From: Deinococcales bacterium
GTDB taxonomy: Bacteria; Deinococcota; Deinococci; Deinococcales; JAAFIG01
Direction of reading: 5' to 3'
Assembly: GCA_031414595.1 (NCBI GenBank)
Contig: JANNVX010000072.1
Location: 1-60,441, forward strand
Length of the DNA: 60,441 bases
This document shows positions 38,138-48,947 of the stretch, piece after piece. Below the pieces are notes generated by a model, which was not told the DNA's origin, searched no databases, and was given only the letters and a program-made list of their open reading frames with translations. A program made the translations under genes and the position numbers. Each line of letters opens with the position of its first letter. Positions within the stretch are counted from its first letter, which is position 1.

Positions 38138-39922
38138 GTGAAGTTGATTTCTGTTGCGCGAATGACTTTTATACTCGCGCTTTTACTCTCTGCCTTAGCT
38201 TTGGCACAAACCAGCCAACCAAATCGGCAAGCTCCTAAACTAGCCACGCGGCAGTTGGTTTGGCCCTTGGATGCCAATTTTGGTTTCTTGAATGGGTCTC
38301 GAGTCCAGTTTACCTCGAGCGCTCGCACCGTGGATGGGCGTACCGTCTTGCCGCTTCGGGAACTCGGACGGGTGCTTGGTATTCCAATCGAAAGTGTGCG
38401 TGATGTCCCTGATGGTTTGCGTTTTGGCAAACTCGAGTTGTACCCAAGTATACGTTTGGCGCGTTTGAACGGCAGACAAGTCCCGCTTGCCGAAGTCGCT
38501 ACAGTTCTCGAGGGCAATATGTTTGTGGTGGCTCGGATTCTCGACCAAGCCCTAAACGCCACGGTGTCGTTTGATACGGTGCAACGTTTAATTAGTATTA
38601 CGGTTGCCAGGGATGGTGCGGTGGATACGAGTTTACCTGTGGCACGTTTTGCGACCGATAAAAAAGAGTACCGCATTGGTGAGCCAGTGCGAATTATTGA
38701 GTACAGTTATGACCCAAATGGTGTGCCGATTACCTTAGAGCGTTTTGCGGGGCGTGAAGATGCCTATTTTACCCCCGGCATCAAAAGCCTTGCCTTGGTG
38801 GTCACCAACCGCAATGGCTTGGTTTCCGAGCCTTTTGTGGTCAATATCAAGGTGATTAACGAAGTGATGTACACCGCTAAAGAATATGGTTTACGTTTTG
38901 TACCTGTCGGGCGCACCTTTCCAGACTCGGATGTTTTAAGTTACCCGCAAGCCCAAATTGCCCGTACCGATGAAGCCATACCACTGATTTTTTCGGATTC
39001 GCCAGAAGAACCAGACCGCAGTGGTTTGCTGTACGAAGAAGTGGTCAATGGGGCAGCCCGTTTAATGGCGTATCACACCAACGGCATGAGTTCGGCTGGG
39101 CGTTTAATGGTTTGGGTCACGAATTTAGAGAATACCCCTGTGTCGGTCAAGATTTCGCGCTTTGGTGTGACCAGTGCCACCACCGTGGTTGCCACGCTTG
39201 GACGTGCCAGTTTACTGGATTTTTTAACTTCAAGTGGTTTAGAAACCCTGACTTTAGAACCAGGCAAAGCCGAACCGTTGTTCTTGTCTAATCCACTTGA
39301 TACAGGCGAGGGCTTAAACCTGATGTTTGACCTTGAAACCAACGGACGGGTGCAAACCTCCGTCTTTTTCTTAGATGAAGCCTTGGTTGCGCCTAGCCTG
39401 AGTGATTTACGCGGGGCGTTAATGCTGACCACTTTGCGTAATTTACCAGCCCTACCTCGAGATGGGATTCATCAACGTGGCACATTTTATGGGGCAGTAC
39501 GACGAATCAACGTGGATTTAGCCCAAGTTCAAACCGGGACGGCGATTCGTCAGATTATTGGCGATGGCAATTACGACCCGAACATCATTGGGCGAGATGT
39601 GCTGAGTGGCGACCAAATGAGCTTAAAAGGCAATTTTGGCGTGACCTACTCAATTACCCTCGAGAATGCGAGGGGTACAGTTGGGGCGCTTGTGCCAAGG
39701 GGCGGTCCATATGCTGGAGCAATGAAAATCAACGGGGTTTATACCGCCTTGCCAGACAGTGGCACATTGTACCGCAATGATTTACCCGTGGTGGTCTACC
39801 GTGCCAATGACCGTGACCGCATTGAAATTGAGATTGTGCCTGCCAGTGGTTCGTACTTGCCGATTAACTTTTTGTATTACCGTCCAGAACCACGTATCCT
39901 GAGTTTAACAGGAGCAAAGTAA
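38138..39922 (+). CDS. secreted protein with copper amine oxidase N-terminal-like domain
   Basis: Signal peptide ALA-Q, DGRTVLPLRELGRVLG, LIFSDSPE, HQRGTF; start is GTG 38138 or ATG 38162. Confidence 0.8.
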   Translation: MKLISVARMTFILALLLSALALAQTSQPNRQAPKLATRQLVWPLDANFGFLNGSRVQFTSSARTVDGRTVLPLRELGRVLGIPIESVRDVPDGLRFGKLELYPSIRLARLNGRQVPLAEVATVLEGNMFVVARILDQALNATVSFDTVQRLISITVARDGAVDTSLPVARFATDKKEYRIGEPVRIIEYSYDPNGVPITLERFAGREDAYFTPGIKSLALVVTNRNGLVSEPFVVNIKVINEVMYTAKEYGLRFVPVGRTFPDSDVLSYPQAQIARTDEAIPLIFSDSPEEPDRSGLLYEEVVNGAARLMAYHTNGMSSAGRLMVWVTNLENTPVSVKISRFGVTSATTVVATLGRASLLDFLTSSGLETLTLEPGKAEPLFLSNPLDTGEGLNLMFDLETNGRVQTSVFFLDEALVAPSLSDLRGALMLTTLRNLPALPRDGIHQRGTFYGAVRRINVDLAQVQTGTAIRQIIGDGNYDPNIIGRDVLSGDQMSLKGNFGVTYSITLENARGTVGALVPRGGPYAGAMKINGVYTALPDSGTLYRNDLPVVVYRANDRDRIEIEIVPASGSYLPINFLYYRPEPRILSLTGAK

Positions 39923-39931
39923 AAAAAATCT

Positions 39932-40354
39932 ATGCTCGAGATTATTGCCGAAACCAAAGTGCCAGTTGGACTGCGCCCAAAACTGCGGCAGGTCATGACT
40001 TTGTTAATGAAAACCCATGCAATAAAAAGTGCTGTCTGTGTGGTCTTATCTACCGATGCCAGACTTCGCGCTATGAAACTCGAGTTTTGGGGTGAGGATG
40101 TCAATACCGATGTTCTGACCTTCCCACAATGGGAACCTGGCGACCCCTTTATGCCGCCAGTGCTGGGGGATATTTACATCAGCCTCGAGACGGCGCAAAG
40201 GCAAGCACTCGAGCATGGGCATGATTTGAACACGGAAGTGATTGTGCTTGCCAGTCATGGCTTAACCCATTTACTGGGCTTTGACCATCAGAGCAAAAAA
40301 GATTGGAAGCCGTTTAGGGAGATGGAAAAACTTGCCTTATCGGTTCTGTCCTAA
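39932..40354 (+). CDS. ybeY: rRNA maturation RNase YbeY
   Basis: TDVLTFP, LGDIYIS, HGLTHLLGFDH. Confidence 0.95.
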   Translation: MLEIIAETKVPVGLRPKLRQVMTLLMKTHAIKSAVCVVLSTDARLRAMKLEFWGEDVNTDVLTFPQWEPGDPFMPPVLGDIYISLETAQRQALEHGHDLNTEVIVLASHGLTHLLGFDHQSKKDWKPFREMEKLALSVLS

Positions 40355-40396
40355 AGTTTGGGAACTTTTTGTTTGGTTTATGCGTATACTATTGTC

Positions 40397-40600
40397 ATGA
40401 AAGCGATTGTCACTGGTTTGGTTGTGGTTGCGGTTCTCGCCGTGGTTTTATTCTTCACTTGGGGTTTTTATATCCCCTTCTTTGACAGTTCAATCCGAGT
40501 AGGCACACTGATTCTGACGGTTGCCATTCCCTTGCTGGTTGGCTTATTGGTTGGGTTTTTTATGGGACGCAACAACGCCAAACCAAAAATCAAGAAGTAA
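40397..40600 (+). CDS. small membrane protein
   Basis: TATACT-N6-ATG; two hydrophobic segments and basic tail. Confidence 0.75.
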   Translation: MKAIVTGLVVVAVLAVVLFFTWGFYIPFFDSSIRVGTLILTVAIPLLVGLLVGFFMGRNNAKPKIKK

Positions 40601-41429
40601 ATTGCTCCAAGTATTTGGCAGCCACAGCAATGGCTCGAGGCTCGTCGGAAGCCAAGCGCCCTTCGATGACAATAAAGCCGGTGCTGTCTTTCATCTTCTC
40701 GAGTAGTTTGGGGATGATATTTTGCAGGTCTAAACGCCCTTCGCCAAGCAGTGCATGGGTTTTTTCCTCGCTGGTGTCTGATAAATGAACATGGACTATC
40801 CGTGGTACTCGGGCCAGGAATTCTTCGGGGTCGCCGATTGTGCCAGCATGGGCAATATCTAAGCAAATTCCGACATGTCGCGCACCCACCGAAACCAAGA
40901 CCCCAGTAAGGCGTTCTAAACTGGCAATGCCAGTCACAAATTGCAATTTCTTTTTTTCCATGGCTTCGATTGCCACGGTTAAGCCTAAACGTGTGGCTCG
41001 GGAATCGAGTTGCACCACAAATTCCTCGAGTTTACCCCAGTAGCCTTCAACATCATCGGTGGTACTAGAAAGCGCTCCAGGATGCACGACCGCGATTTTT
41101 GCCTCGAGTTGGGCTGCTACTTCAAGTGAATCTAAAACCAAACGGCGCGATAAACTACGAATTTCGGAATTGCTCGAGAGTGGATTTAAGTCATAACTTG
41201 GGGCATGTAAGGATAATTTTAAGCCAAGTTCATTGGCTCGTTTTTTAACCGAAAAAGGTGGAATTCCAGAGTCGGTAATATGGCTTGCCCAGACCTCGGC
41301 GGCTAGAAAACCAGCTTTGGCAATCCCATCAAGCGCTCCGAGAATTCCAGCGCTCCACAATAAACGTGTGGCTGGCGCAAATTGCGGATGAAGAGATGTG
41401 GAAAATTGTGAATCATCAGAAACTGTCAC
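40590..41429 (-). CDS. sugar phosphate isomerase/epimerase (AP endonuclease 2 TIM barrel)
   Basis: SLHAP, VVHPG, LDIAHA, HVHLSD. Confidence 0.88.
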   Translation of the reverse strand: MTVSDDSQFSTSLHPQFAPATRLLWSAGILGALDGIAKAGFLAAEVWASHITDSGIPPFSVKKRANELGLKLSLHAPSYDLNPLSSNSEIRSLSRRLVLDSLEVAAQLEAKIAVVHPGALSSTTDDVEGYWGKLEEFVVQLDSRATRLGLTVAIEAMEKKKLQFVTGIASLERLTGVLVSVGARHVGICLDIAHAGTIGDPEEFLARVPRIVHVHLSDTSEEKTHALLGEGRLDLQNIIPKLLEKMKDSTGFIVIEGRLASDEPRAIAVAAKYLEQFTS

Positions 41430-41555
41430 TTATCTAGTGTACCGAATTCCAAGTGGGTGAAGTGTCAGCTTGATTGGGTAATTCAAACAAAGCTCCTGAA
41501 GCTCAACTAGGCAGACAAGGGGATAGTGCCTAAAGCGCAGTGCTAGAATCTTTTT

Positions 41556-42143
41556 ATGACCTTAGCGTTGGAACGCCCAACCAAAACACCACCAGTCGAG
41601 CTTGCCCCGAGACGGTTTTCCTATGCCGAATTTGAACAGATGAGCGAGTCTGGATTGTTTGCATCCGAACACGTTGAATTGCTGAACGGAGAGATATTTG
41701 TGAAAGGAATGCAAGGACCAAAACACGCTCGAGCCATTCGTCATTTGAACAAGGTTTTTACTGAATTATTCACCAATAAGGCAATTATATCGCCGCAATT
41801 GCCTCTTATTTTACTGTCCCCACCACCTGATTTTGTTGAACCAGACATGGCACTTTTGCAACTTCCAGAAAATCTTTACGAAGACCGTAACCCAACTTCA
41901 ACCGATGCTATTTTGGTCATTGAGGTTTCAGACACTACCTTGGAGCGCGACCAAAACGCCAAGCTAAGCGCCTATGCCCGAAATAAAATCCCCGAATACT
42001 GGATATTAAATTTGCACACCAATCAACTCGAGGTCAACCGCAACCCAGACAATGAGGACTACCTCGAGACGAATAAATACAAAGTTGGGCAAACTGTTGC
42101 ACCGCTTGAGTTTTTAGATGTGCGGCTTGAGTGGTGGGTGTGA
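41556..42143 (+). CDS. Uma2 family endonuclease-like protein
   Basis: VELLNGEI, EPD, LVIEVSDTTL, YARNKIPEYWILN. Confidence 0.92.
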   Translation: MTLALERPTKTPPVELAPRRFSYAEFEQMSESGLFASEHVELLNGEIFVKGMQGPKHARAIRHLNKVFTELFTNKAIISPQLPLILLSPPPDFVEPDMALLQLPENLYEDRNPTSTDAILVIEVSDTTLERDQNAKLSAYARNKIPEYWILNLHTNQLEVNRNPDNEDYLETNKYKVGQTVAPLEFLDVRLEWWV

Positions 42144-42145
42144 CC

Positions 42146-43405
42146 ATGCTTCAAAGCATTGCTCGCCCAATGGTAGTTGGGTCAGAAAATCATTTGCTCG
42201 AGTCAGACCGTGGAGTACATGATTGGTATCGTTTTGTATTGTCCTTTCCTGCCCACCTCGTCAGGGATTATTTAAGCACTTGGAACTTAAACACTTCCCA
42301 TAAGCTACTTGATCCGTTTTGTGGCACGGGTTCGACTTTGGTTGAAGCACAAAAACACGGTGTCCAGACCATTGGTTTAGATGGAAATCCTGTGGCACAC
42401 TTTGTTGCTGCCACCAAAACCAATTGGTTGCCAAGCCCAAATGGTTTACTTAGATACGCAAAACAAATGGCTGAAATTGCAGAAAATACTCGAGATGATG
42501 CAAACGAACTGAGTGCCGAAACCTATGATTTACTGCTCACAGATTCAATTAGTCCTAAACCGTTACAAAAAATTTTGCGCTTAAAACAGGTCTTACTCGA
42601 GTTAAAAGACACTCAATACTTTGACCATGCCATGCTGGCACTGATAAAAACGGCTGTGACCAATGCCAGTAACCTTCGATTTAGACCCGAAGTTGGTGTA
42701 ACGACCAAGAAAAAAGAGGATGCGGATGTTTACACAAATTGGCTCAGACACATCCAAACCATGACCACCGACTTAGGTTTTATACAAAACTTGCAAGCTC
42801 CTCAAAGTCAAGTGCTTCTTGGTGATGCGCGAAAAGTCAGTTCTTATCTTGAAGCAAGGAGTATAGACGCGGTTTTTACATCCCCACCCTACCCAAACGA
42901 AAAAGATTACACCCGAACAACCAGACTAGAAGCCGTACTACTCGGATTTTTACAGAACAAGCAAGACCTAAGAAACTTAAAACAAAACTTACTCCGATCC
43001 AACACCCGAAACATCTATAAAAATGACACCGACGAACAACATATTTGGCAATTTGATTCAATTATGAATTTAGCCGAGCAAATCGAGAATCGTAGAATTG
43101 AACTCGAGAAAACCAGTGGATTTGAACGCCTGTACGCCAAAGTGACCAAACATTACTTTGGTGGAATAGCCCAGCACTTAGCTTCGTTACGTGCTGTTTT
43201 ACGCCCCGGAGCGCATTTGGGTTATGTGGTTGGTGATCAAGCCTCGTTTTTTAGAATTCTTATTCGCACAGGACAATTAACCGCCGAAATAGCCCAGTCG
43301 CTAGGTTACGAACTGGTCGGTATTAACTTATTCCGCACACGATTCTCGAGCATCACCAAAGAAAACCTACGAGAAGAAATTGTGGTTTTAAGGTGGCACG
43401 GATGA
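42146..43405 (+). CDS. DNA methyltransferase, amino (probably N4-cytosine) type
   Basis: Motif I DPFCGTGST precedes motif IV TSPPY. Confidence 0.92.
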   Translation: MLQSIARPMVVGSENHLLESDRGVHDWYRFVLSFPAHLVRDYLSTWNLNTSHKLLDPFCGTGSTLVEAQKHGVQTIGLDGNPVAHFVAATKTNWLPSPNGLLRYAKQMAEIAENTRDDANELSAETYDLLLTDSISPKPLQKILRLKQVLLELKDTQYFDHAMLALIKTAVTNASNLRFRPEVGVTTKKKEDADVYTNWLRHIQTMTTDLGFIQNLQAPQSQVLLGDARKVSSYLEARSIDAVFTSPPYPNEKDYTRTTRLEAVLLGFLQNKQDLRNLKQNLLRSNTRNIYKNDTDEQHIWQFDSIMNLAEQIENRRIELEKTSGFERLYAKVTKHYFGGIAQHLASLRAVLRPGAHLGYVVGDQASFFRILIRTGQLTAEIAQSLGYELVGINLFRTRFSSITKENLREEIVVLRWHG

Positions 43406-44195
43406 ACAAAACCAATCGCTATGCCCAAATCATCGAATATATTTTCTTAGAACAGTACCAAATTGGAACTCGAGAAATTCTTTCCAGCCGCGAAGACCTG
43501 ACTCGAGTTGCCAATAAACTTGGAATTGTTTTACCAAAAAACTTAGGCGACCTGATTTGCTCATTTCGTTACCGCACCCAACTCCCAGAACAAATCCTAA
43601 ACACCACCCCGCAAGGACAAACATGGGTGATTCGCCCAGCAGGACGCGGACAATACAAATTTGCACTGATCGTCGAAACCAAAATAATACCCAACACGCT
43701 CCTTGCCGAAACCAAAATTCCTGATTCCACCCCAGGCATGGTTTTACGTTACTGCGGCACAGACGAACAGGCATTGCTGGCTAAACTAAGATACAACCGC
43801 CTGATTGATATTTTTACAGGCATCACCTCGTACAGCTTACAAAACCATCTTCGTACCACCGTACCCAACATGGGACAAGTCGAAACCGACGAAATCTACG
43901 TTGGCATAGATAAACGCGGCGCACATCATGTTTTTCCTGTTCAAGCCAAAGGTGGAACTGACCGCCTGAGTATCGTCCAAATCGAACAAGACATTGCCCT
44001 TTGTAAACACAAATTACTGATTTAACTTGCCTAGCCATCGCTGCACAGTTCATGGCTGATAACAAAATAGCCCTATTCGCCTTTCAGGAAACCAATCAAA
44101 CCGCGCAGTTAGTCCTCGAGCGGCACTACCGCTTGGTACAACCCCAAGACCTCAGCAACCAGGAATTGCTCGAGTATCAAAATCGGTTAGATTAA
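43402..44195 (+). pseudogene. putative restriction endonuclease with a 1-nt frameshift near 44015
   Basis: ATGA coupling to the MTase; ETDEIYVG...VQAK PD-(D/E)xK-like motif; reading continues in another frame (TDLTCLAIAAQFM...ERHYRLV...) to TAA 44195. Confidence 0.72.
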
Positions 44196-44352
44196 AGGAT
44201 AGCTATGATACTAGAACAGAAAATTAGCAGTGCTTTGAAAAAAAGCCGAAGCCAAGCTAGAACTCGAGGTCATAAAGATGCAACTCGAGACGAAATTAAA
44301 TTTGCAAAACGTTTTGAAATTTCGTGATTCGAGTATTTGAGGAATAATATCT

Positions 44353-44667
44353 ATGACAAAAAAAACTGAAACTGTAAAACTGAGTGAGTTACGAAATTTG
44401 ACCAATGCAATTTTTGATGAACTCGAGAATTTAGGTCAATCACAAATCTACTTGCGTCATGATTATTATTGGTCATTTGTTGGTCAAAAGCGATACGAAA
44501 TTGAACCGACCCCCAAGCCATCACTCGGTCAACTTTATGACGATTTAGAATTTTTACGAACTGCAAATACTGAAACTAGATTGACTGCATCTCATCTATG
44601 CAATCTTGCTGGCTTATTTAACTACATTGGTGATTTAGGAAACCAAGTCTTTTATGAAGAAAAATAA
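44353..44667 (+). CDS. hypothetical protein
   Basis: GAGG RBS, 104 aa, DYYW and [12 protein letters not shown] motifs. Confidence 0.75.
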   Translation: MTKKTETVKLSELRNLTNAIFDELENLGQSQIYLRHDYYWSFVGQKRYEIEPTPKPSLGQLYDDLEFLRTANTETRLTASHLCNLAGLFNYIGDLGNQVFYEEK

Positions 44668-47600
44668 TATCTATTCTCTCCTCGAGTCACGCATTCTAGT
44701 TTTAGATGGCGCAATGGGAACAATGATTCAGCAGCATAATCTGCATGAAAAAGATTTTCGTCACTCAAGTTTTTCGTCGGTGCAAAGTCTATTTGGCGAT
44801 AATGACCTTCTGTCCATTTCGCGTCCTGAGATCATTCAGGGCATTCATGAAGCCTATCTCGAGGCTGGGGCAGACATCATCAGCACCAATACGTTTAATG
44901 CCACAGCCATTAGCCAACTCGATTATGAAATGCAAAGCCATGTGCGGGAAATTAACCTAGCGGCGGCAAGAGTGGCTCGAGCGGCAGTAGATAAATTCCA
45001 GAGTCTCGAGCAACCACGTTTTGTGGCTGGGGCGCTTGGTCCGACTTCTCGCACGGCAAGTATCAGCCCTAAAGTTGAGGATGCTGCATTTAGAAATGTA
45101 ACTTTTGATGAACTGGTCGAAACCTATACCGAACAAGCCACGGCACTGCTGGATGGTGGTGTGGATTTACTGCTTCTCGAGACGATTTTTGATACCTTAA
45201 ACGCCAAAGCTGCACTGTTTGCCCTCGAGAATTTATTTGAGGCAAGGGGCGTAAGAACCCCGTTAATTATTTCTGGCACGATTACCGACCAATCTGGGCG
45301 AACCCTTTCTGGGCAAACCGCCGAGGCATTTTATATTTCGGTCAAACACGCTAAACCCCTTGCAGTCGGCTTAAATTGTGCATTGGGCGCAGAGATGTTC
45401 CGCCCACACCTTCGGGCGCTCTCGAGCATCGCCACCGAGTTTGTCAGTTGCTACCCAAATGCTGGTTTGCCCAATGCCTTTGGCGAGTACGACGACACCC
45501 CCGAGTACATGGCGCAAGTGCTGGGCAATTTTGCCAAGGAGGGGCTGCTGAACCTCGTGGGTGGCTGTTGCGGCAGTACCCCAGAACATATCAGGGCGAT
45601 TGCCAATGCGGTGCGTGGTCTCGAGCCGAGAAGAGTGCAAGGGGCTTTGGCTGGTCAGCGACCCAGCCCGTCAGGTGCATCTTTAGGGTCAAGACAGGAC
45701 AGACACGGGGGTCTGTCCCTACAAAAACACGAACCTATAGGGGCGAAACAAAAACACGAACCTGTAGGGGCGAACCCCCGTGTTCGCCCTGTTACCAACC
45801 ATGATTCCCCATTTTCCAATCCGATGTTCTCCGGTCTCGAGCCTTTGATTATTACCTCAGACACGAATTTTGTGAACGTTGGTGAGCGCAGCAACATCAC
45901 GGGAAGCCCGAAGTTTTCCAAGGCGATTCTCGAGGGTGATTTTGAGGCTGGGCTGGTGATTGCACGGCAGCAAGTTACGGCTGGGGCGCAAATTGTTGAC
46001 ATCAACATGGATGAGGGTTTGCTCGATTCACAAGCCGCAATGGTTAAATTCCTCAGTCTGGTGGCGGGTGAACCAGAAATTGCTCGAGTGCCTTTGATGA
46101 TTGACTCGAGCAAATGGGATGTTCTCGAGGCTGGCTTGAAGTGTGTGCAGGGCAAAGCGATTGTTAATTCTCTGAGCCTTAAAGATGGCGAACTCGAGTT
46201 TAAGCGCAAAGCCGAACTGGTGCGGCGTTATGGTGCGGCGGCGGTGGTCATGGCGTTCGATGAAGCTGGACAAGCCGATACGCTCGAGCGCCGTAAAGAA
46301 ATTTGCTCGAGGGCGTATCACATTTTGCTCGAGGGTGGTTGGGATGCCACCGATATTATTTTTGACCCGAATGTGCTGACAGTTGCCACAGGCATCGAGG
46401 CGCACAATGCTTATGCACTGGATTTTATTGAGGCGACCCGTTGGATAAAAGAGAATCTGCACGGGGCGCTGGTATCGGGTGGCATCAGCAATGTGTCATT
46501 TAGTTTTCGCGGCAATAACACGGTGCGTGAAGCGATGCACGGCGTTTTTTTGTACCATGCCATCAAAGCTGGGTTGGACATGGGGATTGTCAATGCGGGG
46601 ATGCTCGAGGTTTTTGAGAATATCGCCCCAGACCTGCGTGATTGTGTCGAAGATGTGATTTTGAACCGCCGTGAAGATGCCTCTGAACGCCTGCTCGAGA
46701 TGGCAAATACAGTCAAAGGCGAAAAGAAATCCGAAACCAAGAAACTCGAGTGGCGCAGTTTTGATGTCGAAAAACGCCTCGAGTTTGCGCTGGTGCAAGG
46801 CATTGCCGACTTTATTGAAACTGATGTTGAAGAAGCAAGACACTTGTTTGCTCGTCCGCTTGAGGTCATCGAACAGCCCCTAATGCGTGGTATGAATGTG
46901 GTCGGAGATTTATTTGGGGCTGGCAAAATGTTCCTGCCACAAGTCGTTAAGTCGGCTCGAGTGATGAAAAAAGCCGTGGCGTACCTGACCCCATTTCTCG
47001 AGGCAGATAAACTCGGCAGTGGCTCGAGCAGTGCAGGCAAGGTGCTGATGGCAACCGTCAAAGGTGATGTCCATGACATCGGTAAAAATATCGTCGGGGT
47101 GGTGCTGGGTTGCAATGGCTATGAAATTACCGATATGGGTGTGATGGTTTCGGCTGAACGCATTCTCGAGAAAGCCCAAGAGATTGGCGCGGACTTAATC
47201 GGCTTATCTGGTCTTATCACCCCAAGTTTGGATGAGATGGTCTTTGTGGCTCGGGAAATGACACGCTTGGGAATCACCACACCCCTTTTAATTGGCGGGG
47301 CAACCACCTCTAAAGCACACACGGCTGTAAAAATTGAACCTGTTATCAGCAGTCCAGTGGTTCATGTTTTGGATGCCTCGAGAGCCGTGACTGTGGCGCA
47401 AAAACTTTTATCTACCGAGCGCGATTCGTACCATGCGGATATCAAAGCCCAGTATGCCGCCCTGCGTGCCGCTCGAGCCGAGCGCACCATTAAATTCCTG
47501 AGTTTGGATGAAGCACAAACTAAAAAACCAGTTCTCGAGTTTGCGCCTGTAAAACCCGCGTGGCTCGGCACAAAAACCCTCGAGTACAGCATCTCGAGTT

Positions 47601-48475
47601 TACGTGAGTTGATTGATTGGACACCATTTTTTATTGCATGGGAACTCAAAGGGCGTTATCCGTATATTTTTGATGATGCCGCCGTTGGCAAACAAGCCAA
47701 AGAATTGTTTGCCGATGCCCAAACCATGTTGAATATGCTCGAGACCAAACTAACAGCCAAAGCCGTGATTGGTTTTTGGGAAGCTAATGCGGTGAACGAT
47801 GACATTCATTTAACCTTGGACACCGTAGGGGCGAGGCATGCCTCGCCCCTACGACACGGGATTTTGCATACCATTCGCCAACAACGTGACCAGCGTGAAG
47901 CCAATACCGCCTTATCGGATTTTATCGCGCCAATCAATTCTGGGGTACAAGATTATATTGGGGCGTTTGCTTGCACCATCCACGGGGCAGAACAGGTGGC
48001 TCGAGACTATGAACAAGGGCTAGATGATTACAATTCAATTCTGGTCAAAGCCCTAGCAGACCGTCTCGCCGAGGCACTCGCAGAACAGCTTCATGCCGAT
48101 GTGCGTCGCCAGCATTGGGGCTATGCTCGAGATGAAAGTCTAAGCACTCAGGATTTAATCAAGGAGCGCTATAACGGAATTCGTCCAGCCCCGGGCTATC
48201 CAGCCCAACCAGACCATACCGAAAAAGCCACAATTTTTGCGTTGCTGGGGGCAGAACGAATCGGTTTAGAACTGACCGAAAGTTACGCCATGACCCCCGC
48301 CTCAAGTGTTTCGGGCTTGTATTTCGCACATGCTGACTCGAGGTACTTTGCAGTTGGGCGCATTGCAAAAGACCAAGTAATGGATTATGCAGTGCGTAAA
48401 AACATCAGTCTCGAGGTGGCAGAACGTTGGCTCGCGCCGATTCTTGGCTATGAACCAATTCCATCTGGGCTGTGA
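44654..48475 (+). CDS. metH: B12-dependent methionine synthase with two in-frame repeat insertions
   Basis: [44 protein letters not shown]. Confidence 0.98.
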   Translation: MKKNNIYSLLESRILVLDGAMGTMIQQHNLHEKDFRHSSFSSVQSLFGDNDLLSISRPEIIQGIHEAYLEAGADIISTNTFNATAISQLDYEMQSHVREINLAAARVARAAVDKFQSLEQPRFVAGALGPTSRTASISPKVEDAAFRNVTFDELVETYTEQATALLDGGVDLLLLETIFDTLNAKAALFALENLFEARGVRTPLIISGTITDQSGRTLSGQTAEAFYISVKHAKPLAVGLNCALGAEMFRPHLRALSSIATEFVSCYPNAGLPNAFGEYDDTPEYMAQVLGNFAKEGLLNLVGGCCGSTPEHIRAIANAVRGLEPRRVQGALAGQRPSPSGASLGSRQDRHGGLSLQKHEPIGAKQKHEPVGANPRVRPVTNHDSPFSNPMFSGLEPLIITSDTNFVNVGERSNITGSPKFSKAILEGDFEAGLVIARQQVTAGAQIVDINMDEGLLDSQAAMVKFLSLVAGEPEIARVPLMIDSSKWDVLEAGLKCVQGKAIVNSLSLKDGELEFKRKAELVRRYGAAAVVMAFDEAGQADTLERRKEICSRAYHILLEGGWDATDIIFDPNVLTVATGIEAHNAYALDFIEATRWIKENLHGALVSGGISNVSFSFRGNNTVREAMHGVFLYHAIKAGLDMGIVNAGMLEVFENIAPDLRDCVEDVILNRREDASERLLEMANTVKGEKKSETKKLEWRSFDVEKRLEFALVQGIADFIETDVEEARHLFARPLEVIEQPLMRGMNVVGDLFGAGKMFLPQVVKSARVMKKAVAYLTPFLEADKLGSGSSSAGKVLMATVKGDVHDIGKNIVGVVLGCNGYEITDMGVMVSAERILEKAQEIGADLIGLSGLITPSLDEMVFVAREMTRLGITTPLLIGGATTSKAHTAVKIEPVISSPVVHVLDASRAVTVAQKLLSTERDSYHADIKAQYAALRAARAERTIKFLSLDEAQTKKPVLEFAPVKPAWLGTKTLEYSISSLRELIDWTPFFIAWELKGRYPYIFDDAAVGKQAKELFADAQTMLNMLETKLTAKAVIGFWEANAVNDDIHLTLDTVGARHASPLRHGILHTIRQQRDQREANTALSDFIAPINSGVQDYIGAFACTIHGAEQVARDYEQGLDDYNSILVKALADRLAEALAEQLHADVRRQHWGYARDESLSTQDLIKERYNGIRPAPGYPAQPDHTEKATIFALLGAERIGLELTESYAMTPASSVSGLYFAHADSRYFAVGRIAKDQVMDYAVRKNISLEVAERWLAPILGYEPIPSGL
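45658..45798. repeat. composite repeat insertion inside metH (AGCCCG repeat + REP doublet + 27-bp tandem duplication)
   Basis: Matches 24333-24361 and 1-85; ACAAAAACACGAACCT(A/G)TAGGGGCGAA occurs twice. Confidence 0.85.
47824..47853. repeat. perfect 30-bp GTAG-REP palindrome inside metH
   Basis: CGTAGGGGCGAGGCATGCCTCGCCCCTACG, read in frame as [10 protein letters not shown]. Confidence 0.9.
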
Positions 48476-48490
48476 ACCCTCAGTGTAGTT

Positions 48491-48847
48491 TTACTCGAGG
48501 CTGTACTCGAGTTGACCCGTGGCTTCCGCAAATTCGATTCGCATTTTTTGTGTGCCTGTCGGTAGGGTCAAGCGCAGATTAAAGTCATCCACCCATTCGC
48601 GTTTGATTGTGCCGTTTATTTTTAAGGTGATTCGCCCTTCTTTGAGTGTTCCCCAAACCCGCAAACTCGAGGGGCGTTTGAGTAGAAAGGTGCGTTCAAT
48701 TGGGCGTTTGCTGTGGCTCAAGAAAGCAGGTGTGTACGGCGGGTAGCCAAGATAAAAGTTGCCGTAAACTTGAAAAGTGATGACGGTGAAATACACCAGT
48801 AAGCCGCAGATAATCAATGCCCATTGCCAGCGCTTAAATTTGTACAT
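48491..48847 (-). CDS. hypothetical membrane-anchored protein
   Basis: GAGG RBS before ATG 48847; one N-terminal TM. Confidence 0.75.
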   Translation of the reverse strand: MYKFKRWQWALIICGLLVYFTVITFQVYGNFYLGYPPYTPAFLSHSKRPIERTFLLKRPSSLRVWGTLKEGRITLKINGTIKREWVDDFNLRLTLPTGTQKMRIEFAEATGQLEYSLE

Positions 48848-48947
48848 GGACACCTCTGGGTTTAATCTACTCGAGTTCTTGGTGGTGCATGTCCTAGGGG
48901 TTTGTGTCCTTGCAACCATTTCATCTTTCAAGTCGTAAACTATTTGT

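Noticed and set aside
41556-42143. Uma2 protein as the cognate nuclease of the MTase
   Set aside because: Uma2 genes are widely scattered paralogues; the coupled downstream gene is the better candidate.
44205-44327. 40-aa ORF between the nuclease and the 104-aa gene
   Set aside because: No recognisable motif; cannot be distinguished from chance or a remnant.
45655-47649. Long antisense ORFs over metH and other genes
   Set aside because: Shadow frames of well-supported genes, with no RBS or family motifs.
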